Below are positions 8,874-17,839 of a DNA stretch of 28,252 bases, in pieces. The position numbers and the translations under genes are program-made. The first letter of the stretch is position 1. Each line of letters begins with the position of its first letter. Source of the DNA: Candidatus Xenobia bacterium (GTDB taxonomy: Bacteria; Vulcanimicrobiota; Xenobia; Xenobiales; QWHO01); assembly GCA_045863235.1 (NCBI GenBank), contig BTUM01000097.1, forward strand, positions 1 to 28,252, written 5' to 3'. The notes under the pieces were generated by a model, which did no database searches, was not told the origin of the DNA, and worked only from the letters and a program-made list of their open reading frames with translations.

Positions 8874-9539
8874 TCAAAACGCGTGTCGCTTGTCGCCCAG
8901 GAAGTTGAGAACATAACGCACAGTATCCACTCTGTCTTGTATTTCGGGGTTGGTTAGGTCGTCGAGAAAGGCCCGACAACTTGCGTCGACCTTCTCGAAA
9001 AGCATCACCGTATGGAAGCAAGCGTTTCGGCCATTGTGTATTGACGTACAGAAGGCCGTGACTGAGTCATCTGAGCGAAACTCGTCGCCCCTCCTCACTC
9101 TCAGCGTATGGACGAGGGCGTTACGAAAGTTGTCGCCGAATCTGTAGGCAGCAGAAACGCCACCCACAACTTGCATCCACTCCGGGTCTTGGGTTCGTTC
9201 GAGAAAGCGTGCAATCTGTCCAGGTTGGCTATCTCGTGGCCTGCCGCGCTCCCAATTCTCTGCGAGAGTTCCCGCGCAGCACGCCAGAATCATCAAAGCC
9301 GCCATATGCCCGGGAACTCGCTCAGGCGCCCGCTGAAGCTCGAAAAGACGGCGCGCTGGCTCCAGAAACCATTCCCTGACACGCCAGCGGTAGAATCGCG
9401 CCGCTCGGTCGATGTCAAAAGAATTGGAATCGAAGCGGCCGAGGCCTAACACCCGCTTCTCAACCTGAAGAAAATTGCCCCAGTCGGGTGTAGGCCAGTC
9501 TACCTGGCACTGCTCGGGGTCGTATAGCAGCGGAGGCAT
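8874..9539 (-). CDS. HEPN-like RNase candidate (221 aa)
   Basis: FRNALVH is an RxxxxH motif in a helical context, preceded by RVREWFLEPARRL..MAALMILACC. GGAG lies upstream of the ATG. Confidence 0.7.
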   Translation of the reverse strand: MPPLLYDPEQCQVDWPTPDWGNFLQVEKRVLGLGRFDSNSFDIDRAARFYRWRVREWFLEPARRLFELQRAPERVPGHMAALMILACCAGTLAENWERGRPRDSQPGQIARFLERTQDPEWMQVVGGVSAAYRFGDNFRNALVHTLRVRRGDEFRSDDSVTAFCTSIHNGRNACFHTVMLFEKVDASCRAFLDDLTNPEIQDRVDTVRYVLNFLGDKRHAF

Positions 9540-9676
9540 CGCTTGACGTTCACGACTCCTTCGAGTAGCACCTGCCTATGTCTACAGCCAGACCTTCTCG
9601 GCCTTCTTGCGAAGGTCCTTGTATACTCGATAGTACACAATCTGATCGTCGTACATCGGCTTAGCCTTTGCCAATC

Positions 9677-10045
9677 CTAACTCGCTTCGATAGAACACGC
9701 GTCCCTAAGTTTTTTGATTCTCATTATTTGTGCGTCGAAGAGGTCGGATAAGACGTTATAGTGGTAGGTGCTTGTTCCCTCAACAATGACTGCAACAGCC
9801 TGCCAATTCTGACGCACCAGATTGGTCGCCTCTAGGTAGTCGTTGAGAAGGGCGGTCAATTCCATGAATGCTTCAGCAGCCTTGATATCGCCCTTCCTGA
9901 GCTGAGCAGAGATTTTCTCTGTCCGGTCATTAGCATACTGGTCCATTATCAGGAGATTACGCCCCGCCTCCCAGCCATTGTTCTGAGCGAGACAAGGGTG
10001 CGACAACAGCACGGCCATCCGAACGACCGTAACGGAGACTCTCAC
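9677..10045 (-). CDS. Hypothetical, possibly exported protein; probably frameshifted near its 3' end
   Basis: Weak signal-like N-terminus (..AVLLSHPCLA|Q) and helical body. An overlapping frame at 9582-9704 continues with 40 plausible residues. Confidence 0.55.
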   Translation of the reverse strand: MRVSVTVVRMAVLLSHPCLAQNNGWEAGRNLLIMDQYANDRTEKISAQLRKGDIKAAEAFMELTALLNDYLEATNLVRQNWQAVAVIVEGTSTYHYNVLSDLFDAQIMRIKKLRDACSIEAS

Positions 10046-10183
10046 GCCATACCATTCGCGGGTCGATTCGTTCGGACCTCGTCCGCCCCGACTGATCGTG
10101 GACTACTATGGCGTGGACGAACTCCAGGGTAATCGCCCAACGCACTTTCCATTCGGATACCCGGGGTCTCTACAGCGATGGAG

Positions 10184-10323
10184 AGGGCGACCCCACGCTC
10201 ACAGCGTTCCGGTGCTCGAACAATACCACCGTCCCGAACCAGAACAGCCGCCGTAAGATCCGCATTTGGCTCCCAGTATACCAGGGCGCGCAACGCCGGG
10301 CGGCGAAGCCGCGCCCCGCCATG
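10184..10323 (+). repeat. Right direct repeat of the islet (140 bp); contains a truncated copy of the GNAT 5' end
   Basis: Matches 6060-6206. The minus strand 10170-10265 encodes MRILRRLFWFGTVVLFEHRNAVSVGSPSPSL*. The repeat ends at the deacetylase ATG. Confidence 0.97.
10275..10283 (-). promoter_or_regulatory. Duplicated extended -10 promoter pointing into the islet
   Basis: Identical to 6151-6159 (TGGTATACT on the minus strand). Confidence 0.5.
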
Positions 10324-11688
10324 CTCTGTGTCCAAGTCCCGGCCGGCCGGGAAGCCGAAAGACGCTACATCGTCGAGGTCTTGCTCGGTGAGTTCCTGGG
10401 CCTCGAGCACCAGCTCCTCGTCGGGCCGGGCGCCACCTATCGCCTCGAGCAGGAGGGCAAAGTGCTCGAGCTGCCCGATTGCTTCCTGGGCATGCCCGAG
10501 GAGCACTGGCTCGAGCCCTGCTCGCTCCCTCCTCAACCCCTGAGGTCGGCTCGACCCAACCTCGAGGCTCTCCTGGCCCGCCCCGAGGTCCCCGTCCTCT
10601 ACGGCCAGGACCCCCTCTATCGCCCCACCGAGCAGGGCGGCTTCCTGGGCCTGGACGTCTTCGGCTCGGCCTTCTTCATGCTCAGCCGTTACGAAGAGGT
10701 GGTCAGGCGCGAGCGCGACTCCTTTGACCGTTTCCCCGCCCGCGCCTCGCTCGCATACCAGGAGGGCTTTCTCGACCGGCCCATCATCAACGAATACCTC
10801 GAGCTTTTGTTCTGCGCCATGCGAGAGCTCTGGCCGGGCCTGCAGCGCAAGCAGCGCAGTTTCTCGGTCAAGGTCGGACACGACGTGGATGAGCCCTACC
10901 GCTATGCCATCGACAGCCCTTACATCCTGGCCCGGCGCTGTGCCCGCGATCTGAGCCGCCGGCCCACCCCGGCGGGAATCTTGAGCACCCTGACCCGCAT
11001 CGCTCGAGTCAAGGCCGGCAACCTGGCCATCGATCCCTACGATACCTTCGACCGCATCATGGACCTGGGCGAGCGCCTCAACCTCAAGAGCGCCTTCTAC
11101 TTCTTCGCTCACAGCGGTCCCGACGACGGCCAGTACAACGTGCTCCACCCTTGCATCCGCAGCCTGGCGCGCAAGATCCACCGGCGCGGCCACGAGGTTG
11201 GCCTGCATGCCAGTTTCGCCACCTACGACAATCCGGATCAGATGACCCTGGAGGTGCGGCGTCTGGTCTCCATCATGGCCGAAGAGGGCGTGCGCCAGGA
11301 GCGCTGGGGCAACCGCCAGCACTACCTGCGCTGGAAGACCCCCAACACCTTCGAGAACCTCGAGCGGGCTGGCATAAGCTACGACGCCACCCTGGGCTAT
11401 CCCGAGCGGATCGGCTTCCGGTGCGGCGTATGCTATGACTACCCCGCCTTCTCGCTGGGCCAGCGACGGGCCCTGAAGCTGCGCGTGCACCCTCTCACAG
11501 CCATGGAGATCAGCGTCTTTCACTACCCCTATATGAACCTGGGCACCACCCCGCGGGCCCTGCAGGCCATGCTTGCCCTCAAGGCTACTTGCCGGCGCTT
11601 TGAGGACGAGTTCCGCTTGCTCTGGCACAACAACACCCTGGCCAGCCCGGTCGAGTTCGACCTCTATCGCGGTTTGCTCGAGGCCTGA
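10321..11688 (+). CDS. Polysaccharide deacetylase family protein (CE4/NodB-like, O-antigen-cluster type; 455 aa)
   Basis: DVFGSAFFMLSRYEE..DRFPA..FLDRPIINEY, GHDVD, GHEVGLHAS, RQHYLRW, YDATLGYPERIGFRCG and LLWHN motifs. Start moved to ATG 10321 because the upstream ORF-track part is repeat and islet sequence. Confidence 0.88.
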   Translation: MLCVQVPAGREAERRYIVEVLLGEFLGLEHQLLVGPGATYRLEQEGKVLELPDCFLGMPEEHWLEPCSLPPQPLRSARPNLEALLARPEVPVLYGQDPLYRPTEQGGFLGLDVFGSAFFMLSRYEEVVRRERDSFDRFPARASLAYQEGFLDRPIINEYLELLFCAMRELWPGLQRKQRSFSVKVGHDVDEPYRYAIDSPYILARRCARDLSRRPTPAGILSTLTRIARVKAGNLAIDPYDTFDRIMDLGERLNLKSAFYFFAHSGPDDGQYNVLHPCIRSLARKIHRRGHEVGLHASFATYDNPDQMTLEVRRLVSIMAEEGVRQERWGNRQHYLRWKTPNTFENLERAGISYDATLGYPERIGFRCGVCYDYPAFSLGQRRALKLRVHPLTAMEISVFHYPYMNLGTTPRALQAMLALKATCRRFEDEFRLLWHNNTLASPVEFDLYRGLLEA

Positions 11689-13263
11689 TCAGTCGGGCGA
11701 GCGCAGCAGCCACCAGCAGGGCGTCTCGCCCAGGTACGGTCGGGCCGCATCCAGCTCGTAGTAGTCGGCCCAGTCCAGCCGGCGCAGAGGCTGAAAGCCG
11801 GCCGCCTGCCAGGCCGGGTCGAGCGCCGTGCCCGAGTTCTGGTAGACCACCGCATAGCGCGCTCCGAGCTCTCGGACGTTGTGGCTCACCCGCTCCAGCG
11901 AGCGGCCCCAGAAGTTGGCTCCCTGCGGGTGGTTCTCCGAGATCACCGCCCACCAGTCCGGCAAGAAGTGGAAGTCACGCTGGCCGGCCACGTAGAGGGG
12001 GAGCTCCAGCAGTACCCGGTAGCCGTCGAAGATCTTGGAATAGTCGTCCACCGGGTCCTCGAAGGCCATCAGCACACGCTCGCCGGGGCGCACCAGGGCC
12101 AGGAAGTCCTCCACCGGGCGCACCAGGTTCTCTACCCGGAAGGGCGCCAGGGCCGGCATCGTATCCAGCCGGGGGCGGGGCATGAAGGTCAGCAGCACCG
12201 CCGGCAGCGGCGAGATCACCAGCCAGGTGGAGACGGCCAGCAGCGGGTCGGGGCGCACGATCAGCGCTCCCGTGGCCAGACTCATCATCAGCGCCAGCAG
12301 CGAGCAGGGGTCGGCAAAGCGAAAGCCGGTGGAGTTCAGCACGAACAGGATGAATCCGGCCAGGATCAGGCCCAGCCAGGGGTGTCCGAGCAGCCCCGCC
12401 ACCACCACGAACTGCCCGAAGGACGCCAGGTAGAACCAGAAGCTCAGCCCCAGGCGGCTCGAGTGCTTGTAGCGGGCCGGGCGGCGCAGGATGCCGATGG
12501 ACATCAGGATCGCGTGCGAGCTCGAGAAGACGTCCCCCCGCTCGAGGTTGGGCAGAAAGTGCGTCAGCAGCTTGCAGAGCGCCGGCAGCACCGTCAGGAG
12601 CGGCCAGGGCGACCACGTCCACAGGCTCTGGGCAAAGCACAAGATGATCATCATCGTGGTGGCCGTGAAGCTGCCCAGGCTGACTCCCAGCCAGGCGATC
12701 ACGGCCAGGGGCCAGATGCCCTGCGTGACCGCGTACAGTCCCAGGGGCACGAAAGCCCAGCCCAGCGTATTGTAATTCTGGCCGATGAAGGCCTCGAAGT
12801 AGAAACCCGTGCTGATCAGGGCCAGCCCCATCACCGCCAGCACCAGGGCAAAATCGTGGTTGACCGCGAACACCGCGTGGGCGGCCAGCCACCCGAACAT
12901 GCCCAGGGGCGGCCCGATGGGGGCCAGTCGCCAGTAAGCGTAGAGCGAGACCAGCGTCTGGAAGAACCAGCGCGACAGGGGATAGTTGCCCATCCCCAGG
13001 TGGGGAGCCGTGCCCCGCCGCCCGTGGCGGTAAAGGTTGATGGCCATGGTGTAGTAGAACAGCGTGGAGATGCCAAAAAACGGCGTGAAGGCGTTGTAGG
13101 ACCCCCAGCGGCCGTCCAGCAGCACCCGCGAGCGAACCAGCGTCGTGGCCAGCTGAAAGGGAGTGGTCAAGAGCACCGTGAGCGGATAGAAGGCCAGTCG
13201 GAGGGCCGCCATGCGACCGAACCGGGTGTTGAGCTCTCGCCAGATGTGCCGTGCCAACCTCAC
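11689..13263 (-). CDS. Multi-pass membrane protein of unknown function with a soluble C-terminal domain (possible GT-C-like)
   Basis: About 11-12 hydrophobic segments followed by ~150 hydrophilic residues; high GC3. Start uncertain (GTG 13263 chosen; the ORF extends to 13374). Its stop abuts the deacetylase stop. Confidence 0.75.
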   Translation of the reverse strand: MRLARHIWRELNTRFGRMAALRLAFYPLTVLLTTPFQLATTLVRSRVLLDGRWGSYNAFTPFFGISTLFYYTMAINLYRHGRRGTAPHLGMGNYPLSRWFFQTLVSLYAYWRLAPIGPPLGMFGWLAAHAVFAVNHDFALVLAVMGLALISTGFYFEAFIGQNYNTLGWAFVPLGLYAVTQGIWPLAVIAWLGVSLGSFTATTMMIILCFAQSLWTWSPWPLLTVLPALCKLLTHFLPNLERGDVFSSSHAILMSIGILRRPARYKHSSRLGLSFWFYLASFGQFVVVAGLLGHPWLGLILAGFILFVLNSTGFRFADPCSLLALMMSLATGALIVRPDPLLAVSTWLVISPLPAVLLTFMPRPRLDTMPALAPFRVENLVRPVEDFLALVRPGERVLMAFEDPVDDYSKIFDGYRVLLELPLYVAGQRDFHFLPDWWAVISENHPQGANFWGRSLERVSHNVRELGARYAVVYQNSGTALDPAWQAAGFQPLRRLDWADYYELDAARPYLGETPCWWLLRSPD

Positions 13264-13502
13264 CAGGGGGCCGCCAGTTCGTTCGCCCGGGCGGCGAATC
13301 CTCCAGCTCGACGAGGCCGGAAGCCCTCCAATGAGCCGCTCTCCAAGCCCTGTCGCTGGAGGGACGCCCCCCACCAGGCCTGGAGCAGAGTTCTTCGCGT
13401 CAGGTCAACTGCCCGACCCGCGACACCTGTCGACCACGCGCCCGGGCGGCCCCTCCACGCAAGCAAAGCTCTCCACCCCCAGGCCATCCGCAAGCAAAGC
13501 CC

Positions 13503-14906
13503 CTACCCCCGCAGCACCGTGCGCAGCGGCCGCCGGCTGGCCAGCCCCACCAGCAGAAGGCAACCCGCCAGCACCCCCGCCACCGGCACCACCTGGCCGT
13601 GTACCACCAGCCAGGTCAGCCCCAGCGTGGCCCCCACCCCCGCCAGCACGATGGCCAGCATCCGCAGCCAGGGGAACCCGACCGGCCAGAGCCGCTCGCT
13701 CAAAAAGAGCGAGGCGAAGTTCCAGACCGTATACGAGGTCACCACCGCCGCCGCCACGCCCGCCAGTCCCCAGTGGGGGATCAGGGCCGCGTTCAGGCTC
13801 AGGCTGAGCACCGCCGATGCCCCTGCCGTGACGGGGATCAGGTTCGAGCGCTGCGACTTCCAGAAGCCCGGCGTGATCACGTTGAACAGTCCCGACAGCA
13901 CCACCGGCCAGCCCAGGATGCCCAGCAGCGGGTAAGCCTCGCGGAACTTTGCTCCCACCAGCACCTCTACCGCGTACGGCCCCAGGCCCGCCAGTAGCAG
14001 CACGGCCGCGCAGCTGAGCAGCAGGTAGAGCTGGGCGATGTTGCGGAACAGCCCCGGCCCCTGCTCGCGGTTGATCGCCTCCATGGCCAGCGGCCAGAAA
14101 GCCTGGCGAAAACTCTCCATCCAGAAGCTGATCACCGACGCCAGACGGTAGGCCACCGCGTAGAGGCCCAGGGCCGAGGCGCCCATGAAGTAAGAGATCA
14201 GCCACTTCTCCCCGTTGGCCAGCGTGTACAGGGCCACCGCCGCCGGCACCAGCGGCAGTCCCGTGCGCAGCAGGCGGCGGGCTTCCTCGCGATGCAGCCG
14301 GCCCAGCTCCAGCAGAGCGCGGTTGCCGAACCAGCCGATCGAGGCGGCTACCAGCCCTCCCACCACCTGGCCCAGGAAGAACGCCTCCACCGACCAGCCC
14401 AGGCCCAGCATCGCTCCCAGCGAGGTCAGCCCGGCCACCACCACATAAAGCAGATTCACCCCCACCGAGACCGCCGGGCGGTGGCGCAAGCGGTCGAGGT
14501 CCACCGAGCCGCTCATCAGGAGCTGGCAGAGCAGGCCCAGCAGGGCCAGGCCCAGTGGAACCAGCTCCAGCCCGGCCAGCCAGCCCACCGTAAAGGCCGC
14601 CGCCGCCAGGCTTGTCCCCACCCCCAGCAGAAGCTGCACGCGCGCGCTCACCAGGCGGCGCAGGCTCTCGGGATTCTCCCCCTCCACCTGGTAGAAGTGA
14701 TACGAGAGGGCCGTATCCGCTCCCAGCACCATGAAGCAGGTCAGCAGGGCTTGCAGCTGCACCAGCGTCTCGATGCGCCCGTACTGCTCGGGGGCCAGCA
14801 GCCGGGTGTAGGCGGGGATCAAGAGCAGGTAGAACGATCCGATCAAGACCTTGCCCAGCCCGTAGGCGGCGGCTTCGCGGCCCAGCCGCAGGAACCAGCT
14901 ACGCAT
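13503..14906 (-). CDS. wzx: Wzx-type oligosaccharide flippase (second copy, different subtype)
   Basis: LLIPAYTRLLAPEQYG, GLPLVPA, ALGLYAVAYRLAS and LNAALIPHWGLAGVAAA motifs; about 13-14 TM. ATG at 14906. Confidence 0.88.
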   Translation of the reverse strand: MRSWFLRLGREAAAYGLGKVLIGSFYLLLIPAYTRLLAPEQYGRIETLVQLQALLTCFMVLGADTALSYHFYQVEGENPESLRRLVSARVQLLLGVGTSLAAAAFTVGWLAGLELVPLGLALLGLLCQLLMSGSVDLDRLRHRPAVSVGVNLLYVVVAGLTSLGAMLGLGWSVEAFFLGQVVGGLVAASIGWFGNRALLELGRLHREEARRLLRTGLPLVPAAVALYTLANGEKWLISYFMGASALGLYAVAYRLASVISFWMESFRQAFWPLAMEAINREQGPGLFRNIAQLYLLLSCAAVLLLAGLGPYAVEVLVGAKFREAYPLLGILGWPVVLSGLFNVITPGFWKSQRSNLIPVTAGASAVLSLSLNAALIPHWGLAGVAAAVVTSYTVWNFASLFLSERLWPVGFPWLRMLAIVLAGVGATLGLTWLVVHGQVVPVAGVLAGCLLLVGLASRRPLRTVLRG

Positions 14907-15006
14907 GGAGGGGATCGTTGTGCATGGCGGGGTCAGGATACCACTGCCGGTCAATCCCTTCCTGCGCAGGAGGAGGCCGCGGGGCGGGCGGGGCATAGGG
15001 TGGGCG

Positions 15007-16299
15007 ATGCAGTATCTGGCCTATCGCCTCCCCCCGGGCTGGGACCCGGGGGCCAGCCTGGAGGCGCCCGAAGTCCAGGCCGAGGGCCGGGTGGGTCGCC
15101 CCGGCGAGGCTCCTGCTCACCTGCCCCGCCAGGTGGGCCGGGGAGCCTGCTGGCTGCTGGGCTGCCGGGGCAGCCGGACAGACCAGCTGACCGCCCGCAT
15201 CCGCCAGCTGGCCGCCCGAGCCCGCTCCCAGGCGCCCGAGGTCTACGTGGACGCTGACCCCCTCGACTCCGTCGCCCGGGCCGCCATCCTGGCCGCCGGC
15301 CTGGAGCCGGCCGGGGTCATCCGCACCGGTCTCGTGGGGAGGTGGGAGCGAACCCGCCCTCATCCCGAGCTCCGTCGGTTCACGGCCGCCGATCCGTCTC
15401 CCCTGGCCCTGCCCGGCTGGCTCGACTTCAACCGCTGGCGCTGGCGGCTCGAGCCCCTGGCGGTGCGCCTGGAAGGCGATCAGGCCGCCCTGGAGACCGT
15501 GCTCTACAAGAATCGGAACGGCCGGCTGTGCACTCCCCCCCTGAGCCCCTACCTGCCCATCGCCTTTCTGCCCAGCCCCACCAGCTCGCCCATCCGGCTC
15601 GGTCGCCAGTGGCTGGAGGTGGGCCAGGCCCTGGCCGAGGAGCTGGCCCGCCACCCTATCTACGGCCCCCTGCGCCTGCCGCCCGAGGTCCGCGACGTGC
15701 GCCCCTTCACCTGGCGAGGCTTTCAGATGGAGCCGGTCTACACCTACCTGCTCGACCTCCCGTTGGCTCTCGAGCAGACCGACCACTCGGTGCGCAAGAA
15801 TATCGCCAAGGCCCGTCGCCAGGGGTTTTCCTGCGGTCCCACCCGCGACTATGCCGCCGTTTGCCGCTGCCTGGCCGAGACCGAGGAGCGCAAGTCGTTC
15901 ACTTACCTCCTGCAGCCGCCCGATCTCGAGCAGGCCGTGCGCCTGGTGGGGGAGGAGCACCTGCGCGTGCTGGCGTGCTTCGGCCCGCAGGGCGAGATGG
16001 TGGGGGCCCAGGTGGCCCTGCACGCCCCCGGCGGCCGGGCCCTGGACCTGGTGGTGGGAATCCGCACCGAGTATCGCACCAGCGGAGCCGCCCAGCTGCT
16101 GATGGCCAGCCTGCTCGACCAGCTCACCGCTGCCGGGGCCACCGGCTTTGATCACGCCGGAGCCGACATCCGGGTGGTCGCCCGGGCCAAGGCCAACTGG
16201 GGAGGCGAGCTCACCACCGTCACCATCCTGCGTGCCCCTGGCCTGCGCCAGCTAGCCCGTCAGGGGAGGGCTATCTGGCGCTACTTTCGCCCCCGCTGA
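15007..16299 (+). CDS. GNAT/FemAB-like acyl- or aminoacyltransferase (430 aa)
   Basis: PPLSPY, DVRPFTWRGF..YTYLLDL, VRKNIAKA, GAAQLL and FDHAGAD..AKANWGG fit the Fem/Acetyltransf_6 pattern. ATG 15007 lies 5 nt after TAGGGT (possibly leaderless). Confidence 0.8.
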   Translation: MQYLAYRLPPGWDPGASLEAPEVQAEGRVGRPGEAPAHLPRQVGRGACWLLGCRGSRTDQLTARIRQLAARARSQAPEVYVDADPLDSVARAAILAAGLEPAGVIRTGLVGRWERTRPHPELRRFTAADPSPLALPGWLDFNRWRWRLEPLAVRLEGDQAALETVLYKNRNGRLCTPPLSPYLPIAFLPSPTSSPIRLGRQWLEVGQALAEELARHPIYGPLRLPPEVRDVRPFTWRGFQMEPVYTYLLDLPLALEQTDHSVRKNIAKARRQGFSCGPTRDYAAVCRCLAETEERKSFTYLLQPPDLEQAVRLVGEEHLRVLACFGPQGEMVGAQVALHAPGGRALDLVVGIRTEYRTSGAAQLLMASLLDQLTAAGATGFDHAGADIRVVARAKANWGGELTTVTILRAPGLRQLARQGRAIWRYFRPR

Positions 16300-17598
16300 G
16301 TCGCGCGGGTAGAGCGCCAGGATCAAGAGCAACAGCAGAAAGCCGTTCCCCAGCAGGATGGGGAAGATGCCCCCGTTGGTCAGGTTGATCAGCTGGAAGC
16401 TGCAGACCAGCACCACCAGCCGCACGTCCAGCCCCCGCGAAACCGAATCCAAGAGCCAGAGCGTCAGCATGGCCGCCAAGGACTCGATCAGCACGCCCGC
16501 GACGTACATGTTGGCGTAGCCGTCCCCCCACAGGTTGACGTTGGGGTCGGTCAGTTGCCCGAAGTAGGTGTAGCCCAGCACCTGCTTGTAGCCGAAGGCG
16601 TAGGGCGAGGAGAAGAAGAAGCTGAACCCCTTCACCTCGCCGAACATGGCCACCGGGTTGTCCTGGAAGAACTGAAAGTAGATCACCGTCAGGTAGCCCG
16701 GTCCCACGAACACGCGCCACAGCACCAGGTCGGTCAGCACCATCGTCACGATGCTGCGCGTGTCGCCCAGCACCAGCGCCCCCAGTCCAAACAGGGCCAC
16801 GATGGCCCACACCCAGCGTTTGGCGAAGCTCTGGCCGGTCTTGCCCAGGATGGGCACCAGGCTCAGGATCAGAACCGCCGAGGCGGGCATGGCCTTCATG
16901 GCCCCTACTGCGAAGAAGAACACCTGCCCCACAAAGCCGAGCATGAAGAGCAGGGGCTTGCGTCGATACACGGCGTAGGCCATCAAGAGCGGATTGAGCA
17001 CCTGCGACTGCCAGGCCAGCGCGTAATTGGCCGGAAAGCGCACCTGCTGCTCGAACACCGCGCGCTGGATGTAGATCTGGGCCGCCGAGGAGACCAGGTT
17101 GAGGCTGGCCCCGAACGCCCACACGCAGATGCCGTAGAACACCACCGTCACCAGCGCGAACCCTCCCCAGAAGCTGGCCGGGGAGACCCGGAAGGGGGGC
17201 ATGCGCATGGTGGGCAGCACCATGCTGACCATGAGGATGGCCATGCCAGCGAGCAGGGCCAGGTTGATCTCCAGGATTTCCAACCCCGAGGCGTTGTGCC
17301 AGCAGGTGTAGAGCAGCGAAGGCACGTACACGATCGTGTACATGCCCCAACAGAAGAACTGGGAAGGCCGTTTGAGCACCAGCGGCAGGAAGAAGGCCGG
17401 CAGCAGCGTCACCAGGACGATGGCGGCGATCTCCAGCGGCGGCCGGGGGAAATAGATCAGCCCCATGTGGGCTTCCAGGGGATGCACGTTGCGCACGTAG
17501 CAGACCCAGAAAAAGACGAAGTAGAGCGCCATGCCGAGCAGGATCAGGGCTCGGGCCGCCAGGCCGCGGGAGAGGATGGACCTTGTCGTGGGGCTCAC
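16252..17598 (-). CDS. wzy: O-antigen polymerase (Wzy)-like membrane protein
   Basis: About 12 TM with IYIQR, GAMKA, WRVFVGPG..YFQFF and PNVNLWGDGYAN motifs; context of two flippases. Start uncertain (17598 or 17631). Its 3' end overlaps the convergent gene by 48 nt. Confidence 0.7.
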   Translation of the reverse strand: MSPTTRSILSRGLAARALILLGMALYFVFFWVCYVRNVHPLEAHMGLIYFPRPPLEIAAIVLVTLLPAFFLPLVLKRPSQFFCWGMYTIVYVPSLLYTCWHNASGLEILEINLALLAGMAILMVSMVLPTMRMPPFRVSPASFWGGFALVTVVFYGICVWAFGASLNLVSSAAQIYIQRAVFEQQVRFPANYALAWQSQVLNPLLMAYAVYRRKPLLFMLGFVGQVFFFAVGAMKAMPASAVLILSLVPILGKTGQSFAKRWVWAIVALFGLGALVLGDTRSIVTMVLTDLVLWRVFVGPGYLTVIYFQFFQDNPVAMFGEVKGFSFFFSSPYAFGYKQVLGYTYFGQLTDPNVNLWGDGYANMYVAGVLIESLAAMLTLWLLDSVSRGLDVRLVVLVCSFQLINLTNGGIFPILLGNGFLLLLLILALYPRDSAGAKVAPDSPPLTG

Positions 17599-17629
17599 AA
17601 ACAACCGGGAAACGGGCCTTTCGCGCGGC

Positions 17630-17638
17630 ACTGTAACA
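17630..17638 (-). promoter_or_regulatory. Putative extended -10 (TGT TACAGT) upstream of the wzy-like gene
   Basis: The minus strand reads TGTTACAGT, matching TGnTAnnnT. Confidence 0.4.
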
Positions 17639-17839
17639 TCGCCCGATGGCCCCCGTCAACCGTGAGAGGACGTCCGGCGTGTCGACCATGCCTGCAGCTG
17701 GCGGTGCCATGGCGCATGGCTGCCGCGCAAAGCCTCGGCTCGCTCGGGGACCCTTTCTCCGAGTTGACAGCTTCCGCGTCTGATCATGAGCTGACTGACC
17801 CGGAGGGACTTGCTGACCGAGACAAGAAAGGCGGGCCCC

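Larger units (their letters stand above)
6207..10183 (-). mobile_element. Lower-GC genomic islet bounded by ~140-bp direct repeats; no integrase or transposase visible
   Basis: Flanking direct repeats offset by 4124 bp. Abrupt drop in GC and GC3 relative to flanks. Five co-oriented genes unrelated to the surrounding glycan locus. Confidence 0.8.

Noticed and set aside
8482..9021. 179-aa minus-strand ORF in the islet spacer
   Set aside because: It overlaps the HEPN gene out of frame and has Arg/Ser-rich, non-protein-like composition with no motif.
10089..10125. RLIVDYYGVD as a HepT/DUF86 fragment
   Set aside because: Too short, lacks the catalytic His, and has no supporting flanking similarity.
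6207..10183. Integron cassette array or prophage remnant
   Set aside because: No attC-like RYYYAAC..GTTRRRY sites found between genes, no intI, and no phage genes.
10108..10320. N-terminal extension of the deacetylase, and of the GNAT to 6372, in the ORF track
   Set aside because: These extensions translate the direct repeat and islet DNA. Family-like sequence begins at ATG 10321 and ATG 6141.
11881..13935. Long alternative ORFs (684 aa here; also 1267..2739, 10042..11628, 16555..18885, 17852..19432, 19516..20946)
   Set aside because: They are antisense or off-frame shadows of high-GC genes that have clear motifs, and they show no domain signatures.
17764..17795. sigma70 promoter from a perfect TTGACA
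   Set aside because: No acceptable -10 hexamer at 16-18 bp spacing.
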